Assembly (NCBI GenBank): GCA_964490645.1
Contig: CAZBCL010000013.1
Coordinates: forward strand, 182 to 64,181
Source: an uncultured Spirochaetia bacterium
Lineage (GTDB): Bacteria > Spirochaetota > JAHITG01 > CAZBCL01
DNA: 64,000 bases
Direction of reading: 5' to 3'
The translations under genes were made by a program, and so were the position numbers. The notes under the pieces are model-generated. The model saw only the letters and a program-made list of their open reading frames with translations. It made no database searches and was not told the origin of the DNA. The first letter of the stretch is position 1. Each line of letters starts with the position of its first letter. Shown one piece after another: positions 41,391 through 50,962 of this stretch.

Positions 41391-41993
41391 TTATTCCAAT
41401 GGACGTCGCCCTTCAAGACTGCGTTTTAATGTTGTTAAATCCGTATATTCTATATCAGCCCCGCTTGGCAGCCCGGTCCCCAAACGAGTTATACGCACTC
41501 CCATGGGTGTTAAAAGCCCTTTTATGTATAATGCGGTCATTTCACCATTATGACTGGGATTTGTTGCAATTATGACTTCATGGACATCATTTTTTACTTT
41601 TTCCACTAATGTAGAAATATGTAAATCATCAGGACCGATACCTTCTGTCGGTATTATCAGTCCTCCAAGAACGTGATATATACCGTTAAAACTCTTTGTT
41701 TGTTCAAATAAAAATATATCCTGAGGTTGTTCAACAACACAAATTATTGACGCATCGCGAGTTGAATCCGCACATATCCCACATATCGCTTCTTCAGTTA
41801 TCGCACCGCATTTTGAACAAAACTGCAATGAAGTATGCATCGTATTTAATGCATTAACGATTCTTTTACTGGTTTCTTCATTTGACTTTAATAAATGATA
41901 TGCAATACGACGAGCGCTCTTTATTCCAATTTTTGGTAATGATGAAAATACACGAACAACTTCTTCAAGCGATTTTGGTACATCAAGACTCAT
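41391..41993 (-). CDS. recR: Recombination protein RecR
   Basis: 200 aa with a HhH motif, C4 zinc finger (CSKCGAITEEAICGIC) and a Toprim domain. Canonical dnaX-ybaB-recR order. Confidence 0.9.
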   Translation of the reverse strand: MSLDVPKSLEEVVRVFSSLPKIGIKSARRIAYHLLKSNEETSKRIVNALNTMHTSLQFCSKCGAITEEAICGICADSTRDASIICVVEQPQDIFLFEQTKSFNGIYHVLGGLIIPTEGIGPDDLHISTLVEKVKNDVHEVIIATNPSHNGEMTALYIKGLLTPMGVRITRLGTGLPSGADIEYTDLTTLKRSLEGRRPLE

Positions 41994-41995
41994 AA

Positions 41996-42310
41996 TTAAA
42001 ACAACCCCGGTGGCAGTGGTAACCCCCCGGTAACTTTCTGCATTTCCTTCGCAACTGTTTTTTGCATTTTCCGAACCGCTTCATTATGTGCAGCAATGAT
42101 CAAATCACGTGTCATTGCCGGATCATGAGCAGCATATAATGCATCTGATAACTGCAAATCAGTCATTTCAAAATGCCCGTTCAGTCGAACGGTAACCATC
42201 GTCCCGCCAGCTGTTGCGCTTTCTTCTTTTTGCGCCAGTTCTGCTTGAATTTCTTCGGCTTTTTGTTTCATCTCTTTTACTTGAGACATCATTTTTCCAA
42301 TATCAAACAT
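41996..42310 (-). CDS. ybaB: Nucleoid-associated protein YbaB/EbfC
   Basis: 104 aa with the typical MMKQAQEMQ-like start (MSQVKEMKQKAEEIQAELAQKE) and C-terminal GLPLPPGLF. Confidence 0.85.
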   Translation of the reverse strand: MFDIGKMMSQVKEMKQKAEEIQAELAQKEESATAGGTMVTVRLNGHFEMTDLQLSDALYAAHDPAMTRDLIIAAHNEAVRKMQKTVAKEMQKVTGGLPLPPGLF

Positions 42311-42312
42311 CG

Positions 42313-44529
42313 TTACTCCTTAATATCCGCTGTTCTATTGACAACATTGCCATGCAGAATTTTTAATGCTGTTTTTACGATTTCATCTGCATGTTCAGTA
42401 TCATTTTCAGGTTTTGCAACTTCATCATCTGAAACCGGTTCAACGAGTCCTTCAATAGTATCATCTGCTGCATGCAGTATATTGCGATTAATAACCTGAG
42501 GGGGCGATAATGAACGATCCGTATTGGTGGTATATCCAGTATCATCAATCTTTGACCTACTTCCTTCTGCATGAGGGTTTTCCTGTATTATAGGAGCGGG
42601 CTCATTGTTTACCGGTTCATGTGTAATAATACTTGTTCGTCTCTCCGGTATTGTTATATCCATGAGTATGACGTTAACCTGTACATATTCAAAATAATGT
42701 TTCTCTAAAATTTCAGCTATAATACGAATGTTTTCTAAAATAACCGTATACTGATTCTTATGATACGGTAAATAGTATATTTGCACAACTGCGCCGCTTG
42801 CTTGAATTATGAGCGCATCCGCCAACGCTTCAGCAATAAATGCTTTGCGTTTTGGTATCTTCTCAATAACTTTTTTCATTACATCATTTATATTGAAGAT
42901 CGTTCCATTTTTAAATCGTCGTTCGTCATAAACCGGTTTGTATAAGCTTTCAGTATTAATAATAGTATTATTATTTCCGGTTGCAGCATGTTGTTGTGCC
43001 TCTCCCGATTGAGAGTTATTTGATAGATTATTCGTTATGTCGTTTTTTTTTTCTGTATTTGTTATATTTGATTCGTTATCTTCCGATGGTGATGCAGGTA
43101 CATTCTCATTCGCGGTATGCTTCAGATAATCAGGGCGATCCGGCATTGATTGGTGTGTTGATTCCGGGATGTTTGTTTTTGGTGGCGTCGTCGTACCTGA
43201 AACAGGAGTCGGTGCATGTGGTGAGTATGTATTCCTGACGGTATCTGAAGCCATTGTCGTCGTATGTGGTTGTGTTTTTGGTATAATCGGTGAAGAGGGC
43301 GAAACAGGGGGCTGCGGTGATTGATGAGCAGCAGGCGATTGTATAGGATTTTGTGTTTTCTGAACATGATCTGCTGATTTAATTTGACCGGCAAGTTTAT
43401 CAATACGTTCTTGAATTTGTTGTAATGTCAATCCCTGCCTGATATGTATAAGCGTAAATAAGTTTGTTTCTACTAAAAGACGCGGCCATCGTGAATCACG
43501 TAATTTATATTCAAGGTCAGCAATTGAATTCATTATTAAAATCAAAATATTGGCGTGTATCAACGGAGCTTGCTCCATAAGACGTTTGCGATCATCATCT
43601 AATAATTGCACTGCTTCTTCCGAAGTAACACCGCTTTTTATAAGCAATAGATTACGAATGTATTCATGAAATTGATGAATAAAATGCCCTAAATCAATAC
43701 CATGAGTATAAACATGCTGTATCAGCATTAATGCATCCTGGGCTTTTTCATCAATAATCGCCTGTAAATAATCATAGTATAATTGCTGTGATGCAAGATT
43801 CAGCATATTGGATGTTTGAGTAATAGAAATATTCTTATTCGTGAATGAAGCCAGCTGATCAAACATTGATAAAGCATCCCGCATACAACCTTCAGAATAT
43901 TTCGCTAATAAAAACAAACTTTGTTCATCAACATGAATTTCTTCTTTTTCAGCAATGACCGCAAGATGCGCAACAATTTTTTGCAGTGCAATTCTCTGAA
44001 AATCATATCGTTGACACCGTGAAAGTATTGTTGGTAATACTTTATGCGGTTCTGTCGTTGCGAAAATAAAAAGAACATTCTCAGGCGGTTCTTCAATAAG
44101 CTTCAGCAATGCATTAAATGCACTTCTGGTCAGCATATGAACTTCATCAATAATGTATATTTTATAGCGTGAGTTAACCGGAGCATATATGACGTTTTCC
44201 TGTAACTCTCTAATTTTTTCTACTTGCGTATGCGTTGCACCATCAATTTCCCGAACATCCGGAGAATTGTCTTTCGTTATCGCGACGCAATTTGCACAAT
44301 GATTACAGGGAGTATCCGTTGGTGAACTTTTACTGAGACAATTTAAAGATTTTGCCAGAATACGTGCAGCGGATGTTTTACCGGTTCCACGCGGACCGCT
44401 AAATAGAAATGCGTGCGGCAGTCTGTTTTGAATGATAGCATTTTGAATAGTCCGCGCAATGGCTTCTTGTCCAATTAATTCATCAAATGACTGCGGCCGA
44501 TATTTACGCGCCAGAACGATATAATCCAC
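42313..44529 (-). CDS. dnaX: DNA polymerase III subunit tau (contains a candidate gamma-generating recoding site)
   Basis: AAA+ clamp-loader motifs GPRGTGKTS, DEVHML and SRC. Pro/Ser/Thr-rich linker and a tau-specific C-terminal region. The likely start is GTG (complement of 44527-44529, VDYIVLARKYRPQSF). The ORF track's longer ORF up to 44586 overlaps tRNA-Ser(GGA). Confidence 0.9.
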   Translation of the reverse strand: MDYIVLARKYRPQSFDELIGQEAIARTIQNAIIQNRLPHAFLFSGPRGTGKTSAARILAKSLNCLSKSSPTDTPCNHCANCVAITKDNSPDVREIDGATHTQVEKIRELQENVIYAPVNSRYKIYIIDEVHMLTRSAFNALLKLIEEPPENVLFIFATTEPHKVLPTILSRCQRYDFQRIALQKIVAHLAVIAEKEEIHVDEQSLFLLAKYSEGCMRDALSMFDQLASFTNKNISITQTSNMLNLASQQLYYDYLQAIIDEKAQDALMLIQHVYTHGIDLGHFIHQFHEYIRNLLLIKSGVTSEEAVQLLDDDRKRLMEQAPLIHANILILIMNSIADLEYKLRDSRWPRLLVETNLFTLIHIRQGLTLQQIQERIDKLAGQIKSADHVQKTQNPIQSPAAHQSPQPPVSPSSPIIPKTQPHTTTMASDTVRNTYSPHAPTPVSGTTTPPKTNIPESTHQSMPDRPDYLKHTANENVPASPSEDNESNITNTEKKNDITNNLSNNSQSGEAQQHAATGNNNTIINTESLYKPVYDERRFKNGTIFNINDVMKKVIEKIPKRKAFIAEALADALIIQASGAVVQIYYLPYHKNQYTVILENIRIIAEILEKHYFEYVQVNVILMDITIPERRTSIITHEPVNNEPAPIIQENPHAEGSRSKIDDTGYTTNTDRSLSPPQVINRNILHAADDTIEGLVEPVSDDEVAKPENDTEHADEIVKTALKILHGNVVNRTADIKE
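43043..43052 (-). other. A10 homopolymer (T10 on the plus strand) inside dnaX, codons GAA AAA AAA AAC: candidate ribosomal or transcriptional slippage site
   Basis: Longest homopolymer in the window. Both alternative frames stop almost at once: adding one A (or a -1 shift) gives AAA CGA CAT AAC GAA TAA, and losing one A (+1 shift) gives ACG ACA TAA. A 5-bp hairpin (CTCTC aatcgg GAGAG, complement of about 43001-43016) sits about 25 nt downstream. Confidence 0.5.
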
Positions 44530-44561
44530 GTTACCCTTCCGAATTTTAATTATAATTGCTG

Positions 44562-44647
44562 CGGAGAGAGTGGGATTCGAACCCACGGTACCTTGCAGTA
44601 CACACGATTTCCAATCGTGCTCCTTCGGCCAGCTCGGACATCTCTCC
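44562..44647 (-). tRNA. tRNA-Ser (anticodon GGA), type II with long variable arm
   Basis: Hand-folded. Acceptor GGAGAGA/TCTCTCC, anticodon stem CACGA/TCGTG with loop TTGGAAA, and a T-arm GGTTCGAATCC. No encoded CCA. Ends are +/-2 nt. Confidence 0.85.
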
Positions 44648-44694
44648 TAGTTGCCGTATAGACTGCCATGGCGAAGCACTCGATACGGGATCGG

Positions 44695-44781
44695 CGGAGA
44701 GGGTGGGATTTGAACCCACGGTACCTTGCGGTACAACGGTTTTCGAGACCGTCACAATCAACCGAACTCTGCCACCTCTCC
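44695..44781 (-). tRNA. tRNA-Ser (anticodon CGA)
   Basis: Acceptor GGAGAGG/CCTCTCC, anticodon stem ACGGT/ACCGT with loop CTCGAAA, and a T-arm GGTTCAAATCC. Long variable arm. Confidence 0.85.
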
Positions 44782-44840
44782 TGCGACAATAATAACAAAA
44801 TAAAAAGAACGCCGGACCGATGTCAACCAATCCGGCACTG

Positions 44841-44914
44841 CATGCCCGGAGGGATTCGAACCCCCGACCTTATGGACCGCAACCATACGCTCTATCCAGC
44901 TGAGCTACGGGCAC
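44841..44914 (-). tRNA. tRNA-Arg (anticodon reads GCG; 74 nt, class I)
   Basis: D-arm GCTCAGCTGGATAGAGC, anticodon stem TATGG/CCATA with loop TTGCGGT, and a T-arm GGTTCGAATCC. The 1:72 pair is a G-U wobble. A GCG anticodon (rather than the common ACG) is unusual, so a sequence error cannot be excluded. Confidence 0.75.
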
Positions 44915-44926
44915 ATACTTTTTACT

Positions 44927-45015
<89 letters not shown>

Positions 45016-45179
45016 ATCTTACTGTTGCTCAGATCATATAATGCATGAGCAATAATCAAGTAACAGGTCAGTTATATAATACATTGCAGTGCACGTCCAG
45101 TACATACTGACGTACGATACAGCTGAGTATCATCATACCCATTGTATTATTCATCTATACAACTATTATCAATACACTG

Positions 45180-45266
45180 CGGAGAGGGAGGGATTCGAAC
45201 CCCCGGTGCCTTGCGGCACAACGGTTTTCAAGACCGCCGCGATCAACCGAACTCTGCCACCTCTCC
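45180..45266 (-). tRNA. tRNA-Ser (anticodon TGA)
   Basis: Acceptor GGAGAGG/CCTCTCC, anticodon loop CTTGAAA, long variable arm, and a T-arm GGTTCGAATCC. Confidence 0.85.
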
Positions 45267-45370
45267 GTGGTTATTCTATACTGTACTATTTTCAGTATAG
45301 GAGCATTAAATTAAATCATCATTTTTGTATAGTCAATGCTTTTTTTTAACTCTCTTGGCAACTATTTTAT

Positions 45371-46714
45371 TTGACAGAACAATTACTCTATATTAGTATG
45401 CCGTTACTTATTATTATGATTAACAAAATATTTAAAACATTTGTCATTACAATATTATTTTTTATTCTTTTAATGCATCTAACGTGGATAACCGGCGGCA
45501 GTACCTATATTAATCGTATCCCGTCATTTTCATTGTCCCAACGTATAATTATTACCGCTCGTGTCGTTGTGAACACCTGTTTTCATTTTAAGGACGAATT
45601 ACTGCTCAGACGAGCACGGAAAATGAGTATGGGAAATCCAATTGCAGTCCTGACCACTTCCTCAAACCCCATTATTAACGCCGTACCGACTGCTTTTTAC
45701 AATCCGGAACATATCGTTGATATTATTACTGACGATACTCAATATAATCCGAATAACTATTCTGTGCTTTTAATATCAACAACCGAAATTAGTAATCCCC
45801 CTCTGACCGGATTTATACCCGTTTATACAACATCAGATTGGATTCTAGCCTATAATACCCATGATTATAAAGCACCGCCACTTGTGAAGCCGCTTGGATT
45901 GTTTTGGTATATACTGGCTATGATTGTATATAATCTTATCTGCGGCATGATATTTATACGTAATCACGGTATTGTGCATTCACAATCCGCAGCGGCAAAA
46001 CCTGTTAAAAATAATTATAAAACTCTTTCTATCATTATTCCTGCTTATAACGAAGAATCAACAATTGAATATTTAATAAAAAAAGTCCGCAGTATTAAAC
46101 TGCCGTTAAAAAAGGAAATTATTGTTATTGATGACTATTCAAGCGATAATACTCGAAAAATTCTTAAAAAATGTAAAAAGAACAAATTAATATCAAAATT
46201 TATCATGCAAAAATACAATCAGGGTAAAGGCGCTGCGGTAAAAACCGGTATTGCTGCGGCTCAGGGTGATATTATAATTATACAGGATGCTGATCTTGAA
46301 TATGATCCGGCAGAATACCCCCGTTTATTAAAACCAATTCTTGCCGGTCAAGCTGATGTAGTATACGGATCACGTTTTAAAGGCGGTCAAGCCCATCGTG
46401 TTCTTTATTTCTGGCATTTTATCGGAAATACCGCCTTAACCATACTATCAAATATGTTCACTGATTTAAACCTCAGTGATATGGAAACATGCTATAAAGT
46501 ATTTACAAAAGAAGCAATACAGGGAATAATAATACAGCAAAACCGTTTCGGTATGGAACCTGAGCTTACCGCAAAATTTGCCCGTAAAAAATTAAGAATT
46601 TATGAAGAAGGAATATCATATTCCGGGCGAGATTATTCAGAAGGCAAGAAAATCGGTTTAAAAGACGCATTTGCTGCATTATGGTGCATCATTCGTTATA
46701 ATATGTTCCCATAA
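45371..46714 (+). CDS. GT2-family glycosyltransferase (polyprenol-phosphate sugar synthase / DPM1-like) with an N-terminal ~200-aa membrane-associated region
   Basis: The C-terminal half reads [11 protein letters not shown]...[11 protein letters not shown]...[30 protein letters not shown] (GT-A fold, DXD). The start codon is uncertain: TTG at 45371, or ATG at about 45399. Confidence 0.7.
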   Translation: MTEQLLYISMPLLIIMINKIFKTFVITILFFILLMHLTWITGGSTYINRIPSFSLSQRIIITARVVVNTCFHFKDELLLRRARKMSMGNPIAVLTTSSNPIINAVPTAFYNPEHIVDIITDDTQYNPNNYSVLLISTTEISNPPLTGFIPVYTTSDWILAYNTHDYKAPPLVKPLGLFWYILAMIVYNLICGMIFIRNHGIVHSQSAAAKPVKNNYKTLSIIIPAYNEESTIEYLIKKVRSIKLPLKKEIIVIDDYSSDNTRKILKKCKKNKLISKFIMQKYNQGKGAAVKTGIAAAQGDIIIIQDADLEYDPAEYPRLLKPILAGQADVVYGSRFKGGQAHRVLYFWHFIGNTALTILSNMFTDLNLSDMETCYKVFTKEAIQGIIIQQNRFGMEPELTAKFARKKLRIYEEGISYSGRDYSEGKKIGLKDAFAALWCIIRYNMFP

Positions 46715-46742
46715 TCCTACTGTTTTGCTCACTACTCTTTTT

Positions 46743-48776
46743 CTATTCTTGAGAAACTTTCGTAATAACATATGCCCAGCTTGGTCGGCGCCATTGATTG
46801 TACTTGGGGTTAAGTGCATATACTATAGAATCAGTATATGGCACTGAAAAATGCTTTATTTCACTAAGCATAATATCATCTCGGTTATTAATGTATGAAG
46901 CCGCCGTTGTATAAAAATCATCATGTATCCCGATAATATAACACTTTTCAGCATCGGAATGTACAAAGTCATTCAATGCATTATTTACCATCTGCGGGTT
47001 TTCTATCCAGAATTGTCTTTGATAATTTACATAGCGCGAAAGCTTTTTACGTAAATAGAACCCTCGTGATACATCACGCATACCCATATTAATAGCCATT
47101 ATTTTCTCCCCGGCTATCGGATCGTGATTTATTGCCAAAAACGGTTTAATAACTGCCGGTTGTGAATTCGTCGTTATTAAAACGGTCAATAGGAGCATGT
47201 TTATAATAATGAAATATTTCCTAAAAAATCTCTGCAGCGGCTTTAAAGCATCTTGCGAAACGGTATTAAAAAGCATGTACGCAATAAGTATGGTAACAAA
47301 CGGAATAATCGTAAACATGAACCGTTCTTCTTTATGACCGATACATGAATGAATTAAAATAAAAACAGCTATAATGATACTTACAACCCAGAACTTTTTA
47401 CACCCTTCCCAAAATTGTTTCCAGAAAAAGAATAGTGTCGGCGGCAATGTCAATAAGAATATAAATAAAATATAAACATGCCATTCCATACTGCCGTAAT
47501 TAACGGCAGCATTTTCATTTGCTTTCAAATATGCAGTCCATGCCTCCATAAAAGCACGACCGGTCATGTATTCCATGAGCATCTGCATCCCAATGGCAAC
47601 AATTCCTACCACTGCAACCCATATAGTATAATCAAGAATTCTCCGACGGTGATACTCATCTGACAAAATGCGTATTATAATAGTTACTAAATATACCAAT
47701 AATACGATAACTGCCTGTAATCGTATTAATACAGATACCGCTATAATAAAAACACCCAATCCAAACAACGGGATATGTGATTTCCCCTTTCGTCCTGCAA
47801 TATCTCTGGAAAACCCATATTCTGCTAATCCAAAACCAAGAAATATCGGACCTGCAGTAACCGATTCCGCAAACATGAGTTTACCGATAAAGGGGAGTAA
47901 AAAATACAATGCTGATGCATACAACGCCATACGTGAGAATAATTCCATATTTGGTGTATTACTGAGTTTGTTTTGATATGCCTGTATTACGTAATACATT
48001 CCGATAATGACGGAAAGTGAAATAATCCCGAAATAAATATTTGCAATTTGCATATCAATAACCGGATTCTGTGTACCAAACAACATATGTGATATTGTTA
48101 TGGGTATGGTACCAAGCCATGGCAATAGTATTACCCGAAATGCAGGAATACTGTCCAGCTGCCCGATAGCAATGCGATATGATTCATAGATACCGCGCAT
48201 TAAATCATCATTTGACATAAATCCCCAGTAACACAATGCAATAACCATACGAACGATAAAACCGAATAATAATGCATAGTAGAAATGTGTTTTTAAATCA
48301 ATGTGGATTAAATCATCAAGAGACCGAATATTAATCATATGCCGTTTTTGCGGAGTAAATACAATATAATGATACACGATATAATTTACAACAGTGCTTA
48401 ATACAATACCGGAAGCATGAGCGATGTATTCATTTAAACCGGCTTTTTCATGCAACAGGACCGCGGTTACCCAGTTAACCATAATCACAATTAATCCGCC
48501 GGTTATATTTGCTTTAAGGAACTGCCATAATGTGCCCGCTGCAGATCCTGCACTTCGATCTTTCCACGTCCAAATAGCATTGAGAATATAATTTGATATG
48601 ATGGAGAATTCAATAGCAGCGATTAATGCTACTTTATATTGCACCCCGATGAACTCTTTGAACAACCAAAAGAAACCCATATTAACTGCAATGCCGGATA
48701 TTCCGACAATGCCGAATTGTATAAATCGGCGATATCGTACTACAATATTTTTAATAAATGGTGTAATCTTTTGCAT
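46743..48776 (-). CDS. GtrA-like domain fused to a polytopic GT-C-fold glycosyltransferase (ArnT/PMT-like)
   Basis: The N-terminal ~120 aa have the GtrA-family pattern (FIQFGIVGISGIAVNMGFFWLF...ISNYILNAIWTWKDR). More than 10 further TM helices with large loops follow, as in polyprenol-phosphate-sugar dependent GT-C enzymes. Confidence 0.6.
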   Translation of the reverse strand: MQKITPFIKNIVVRYRRFIQFGIVGISGIAVNMGFFWLFKEFIGVQYKVALIAAIEFSIISNYILNAIWTWKDRSAGSAAGTLWQFLKANITGGLIVIMVNWVTAVLLHEKAGLNEYIAHASGIVLSTVVNYIVYHYIVFTPQKRHMINIRSLDDLIHIDLKTHFYYALLFGFIVRMVIALCYWGFMSNDDLMRGIYESYRIAIGQLDSIPAFRVILLPWLGTIPITISHMLFGTQNPVIDMQIANIYFGIISLSVIIGMYYVIQAYQNKLSNTPNMELFSRMALYASALYFLLPFIGKLMFAESVTAGPIFLGFGLAEYGFSRDIAGRKGKSHIPLFGLGVFIIAVSVLIRLQAVIVLLVYLVTIIIRILSDEYHRRRILDYTIWVAVVGIVAIGMQMLMEYMTGRAFMEAWTAYLKANENAAVNYGSMEWHVYILFIFLLTLPPTLFFFWKQFWEGCKKFWVVSIIIAVFILIHSCIGHKEERFMFTIIPFVTILIAYMLFNTVSQDALKPLQRFFRKYFIIINMLLLTVLITTNSQPAVIKPFLAINHDPIAGEKIMAINMGMRDVSRGFYLRKKLSRYVNYQRQFWIENPQMVNNALNDFVHSDAEKCYIIGIHDDFYTTAASYINNRDDIMLSEIKHFSVPYTDSIVYALNPKYNQWRRPSWAYVITKVSQE

Positions 48777-48786
48777 AAATTATACA

Positions 48787-50064
48787 TTATTTTCGTTGTA
48801 ATCGTTCTAATCCGTCAAGATACGGGCGCAATACTGTCGGTATTATGACACTTCCATCTTTTTGCTGATAATTTTCAAGTATTGCTAAAAATGTTCTCCC
48901 GACAGCTAAACCGGAAGCATTTAAAGTATGTACATACTCATTTTTACCTGTTTCACTATTTTTAAATCGAATTTTTGCACGCCGTGCCTGAAAGTCAATA
49001 CAATTTGATGATGATGAAATCTCTCTATAGGTTTCCTGTGAAGGCAGCCATACTTCAAGATCATATGTTTTATAGCTTCCAAACCCGACATCACCACTTG
49101 ATAAGGTAACGACACGATATGGCAATTCTAATTTTTGGAGAATGGTTTCAGCATGACGGGTAATCTCTTCATGTATTGCTTCTGATTGCTGTGGATGAAC
49201 AATTTGCACAAGCTCAACCTTATTAAACTGATGCAATCGAATTAATCCGCGTACATCTTTACCATAACTTCCCGCTTCACTGCGAAAACAGGGAGTATAT
49301 GCCATAAACTTAATCGGCAGTGCTGACGCTTTAATTATTTCAGATTGATACACATTGACTAACGGGACCTCAGCAGTCGGCACTAAATAAAGATCAGTAT
49401 TTTGCAGATGAAATAAATCCTCTTCAAACTTCGGCAATTGGCTTGCGCCGATTAACGCTTCTTTATTTACAATAAACGGTGGAATTATTTCGTTATAGCC
49501 ATGTTCTTTTACATGTATATCACGCATAAAATTAATTAATGCCCATTCCAGACGTGCTCCCCAATTTCTCAACAATGCAAAACGTGCACCGGCAATTTTT
49601 GCTGCACGTTTCATATCAACGATACCGAGTAATTCACCTATTTCAATATGATCTTTCGGAGGGAAATCAAATGATGGAATTGTTCCCCATTTCCGAATTT
49701 CGATATTCTGATTTTCATTATCTCCTTCCGGGACATCCCGAGAGAGTAAATTCGGTATTGTCAACATAAGTGTTGTTATTTGCTGCTTGATTTCATCAAC
49801 ATCACTATTCAATGCAGTAAGTTGTTCGTTAATAGCAACTACTTTCATTTGAATATCATTTGAGTCTTTACGCTCTTTTTTACGTTGACCTATTTCTTTT
49901 GAAAGAGTATTGCGCTCATTTTGAAGATTTTGTTGATTCTGCAGTAATTCCCGATACCGTCCGTCAAAACGCATCAATTGTTCAATATCTGCTTCTGTTC
50001 GTCGTGCACGAAGCATGTTCAAAACATCATTACGATGCTCACGAATGTATTTTATATCAAGCAT
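48787..50064 (-). CDS. serS: Seryl-tRNA synthetase
   Basis: 425 aa. N-terminal coiled-coil arm (MLDIKYIREH...) and class II motifs including FRSEAGSYGKDVRGLIRLHQFNKVE. Confidence 0.9.
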   Translation of the reverse strand: MLDIKYIREHRNDVLNMLRARRTEADIEQLMRFDGRYRELLQNQQNLQNERNTLSKEIGQRKKERKDSNDIQMKVVAINEQLTALNSDVDEIKQQITTLMLTIPNLLSRDVPEGDNENQNIEIRKWGTIPSFDFPPKDHIEIGELLGIVDMKRAAKIAGARFALLRNWGARLEWALINFMRDIHVKEHGYNEIIPPFIVNKEALIGASQLPKFEEDLFHLQNTDLYLVPTAEVPLVNVYQSEIIKASALPIKFMAYTPCFRSEAGSYGKDVRGLIRLHQFNKVELVQIVHPQQSEAIHEEITRHAETILQKLELPYRVVTLSSGDVGFGSYKTYDLEVWLPSQETYREISSSSNCIDFQARRAKIRFKNSETGKNEYVHTLNASGLAVGRTFLAILENYQQKDGSVIIPTVLRPYLDGLERLQRK

Positions 50065-50119
50065 AGTACTATCTCCTGCTGACTATCTTTAATTATAAGA
50101 ACTCCGATACCGTATCATT

Positions 50120-50962
50120 TCAAAGAGAAACCGTCAAATGCCGTGTAGCATGACAATTTAAATTTATTGCCAGTGGTAAACTAGCGATATGGCATGGAGC
50201 GCTTTCAATAAATACCGCTAAGGCAGTATTTATTCCGCCGACACCCATTGGTCCAACTCCTGAATTATTAATTCGTTCTAATAATTCACGTTCAATATGA
50301 TCATAGTATGCATCACTATGCGGCGAACCAACAGTACGGGATACAAGAGCATGTTTTGCCATGATCGCACATGACTCAAAATTACCGCCGATACCAACCC
50401 CGACAATGACAGGAGGGCAAGCATTCGCTCCATAGTTCCGCACCCATTCAACTACGATATCTTTCCATTTCCCACGACTATCTGATGGAGTCAACATAAG
50501 AACTTTTGACACATTCTCACAACCGCCGCCTTTTGGTGCAATAATCATTTTTACGGCATTTCCCGGAACTTCAGTAATATGAATGATCGCCGGTGTGTTA
50601 TCTCCGGTATTTTTTCGCTGTAATGGATCACTGACAACTGATTTTCTTAAGAATCCCTCATCATACCCCTGCCGAACCCCTTCATTAATTGCTTCTGTAA
50701 GAGAACCATCAATATAACAATCCGTGCCGATTTCAACAAATACAACGACAATGCCTGTATCCTGACAGATCGGCAATAATTTTTCATGAGCAATTTTAAT
50801 ATTATTATTAATTTGTGATAATATAATTTTCCCGGTCGGTGATTTTTCCGTCATTTGTGCAGTGTTTAAAGAGCGTGCAACATCTTCAGGAACCGAACGG
50901 TTTGCGGTTATACACGCCGCTTTCACTGATGCTATTACATTATGGGTATCAATTTTTCTCAT
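50120..50962 (-). CDS. Class I (Fe-S) fumarate hydratase / L(+)-tartrate dehydratase alpha subunit (N-terminal catalytic domain only)
   Basis: 280 aa with the conserved CQDTG block (LPICQDTGIVVVF). Architecture is the two-subunit type, but no beta subunit is adjacent. Confidence 0.7.
   Translation of the reverse strand: MRKIDTHNVIASVKAACITANRSVPEDVARSLNTAQMTEKSPTGKIILSQINNNIKIAHEKLLPICQDTGIVVVFVEIGTDCYIDGSLTEAINEGVRQGYDEGFLRKSVVSDPLQRKNTGDNTPAIIHITEVPGNAVKMIIAPKGGGCENVSKVLMLTPSDSRGKWKDIVVEWVRNYGANACPPVIVGVGIGGNFESCAIMAKHALVSRTVGSPHSDAYYDHIERELLERINNSGVGPMGVGGINTALAVFIESAPCHIASLPLAINLNCHATRHLTVSL

Noticed and set aside
42313-44586. Longer dnaX ORF starting at 44586 (MGSNPTLSAAIIIKIRKGN...)
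   Set aside because: The extra N-terminal 19 codons overlap tRNA-Ser(GGA). The conserved N-terminus begins at the GTG (VDYIVLARKYRPQSF), so the shorter model is preferred.
45267-45370. Promoter for the minus-strand tRNA array upstream of tRNA-Ser(TGA)
   Set aside because: A TTGACT and several weak -10 candidates (TAGAAT, TAATTT) are present, but no combination has good spacing. Not called as a feature.
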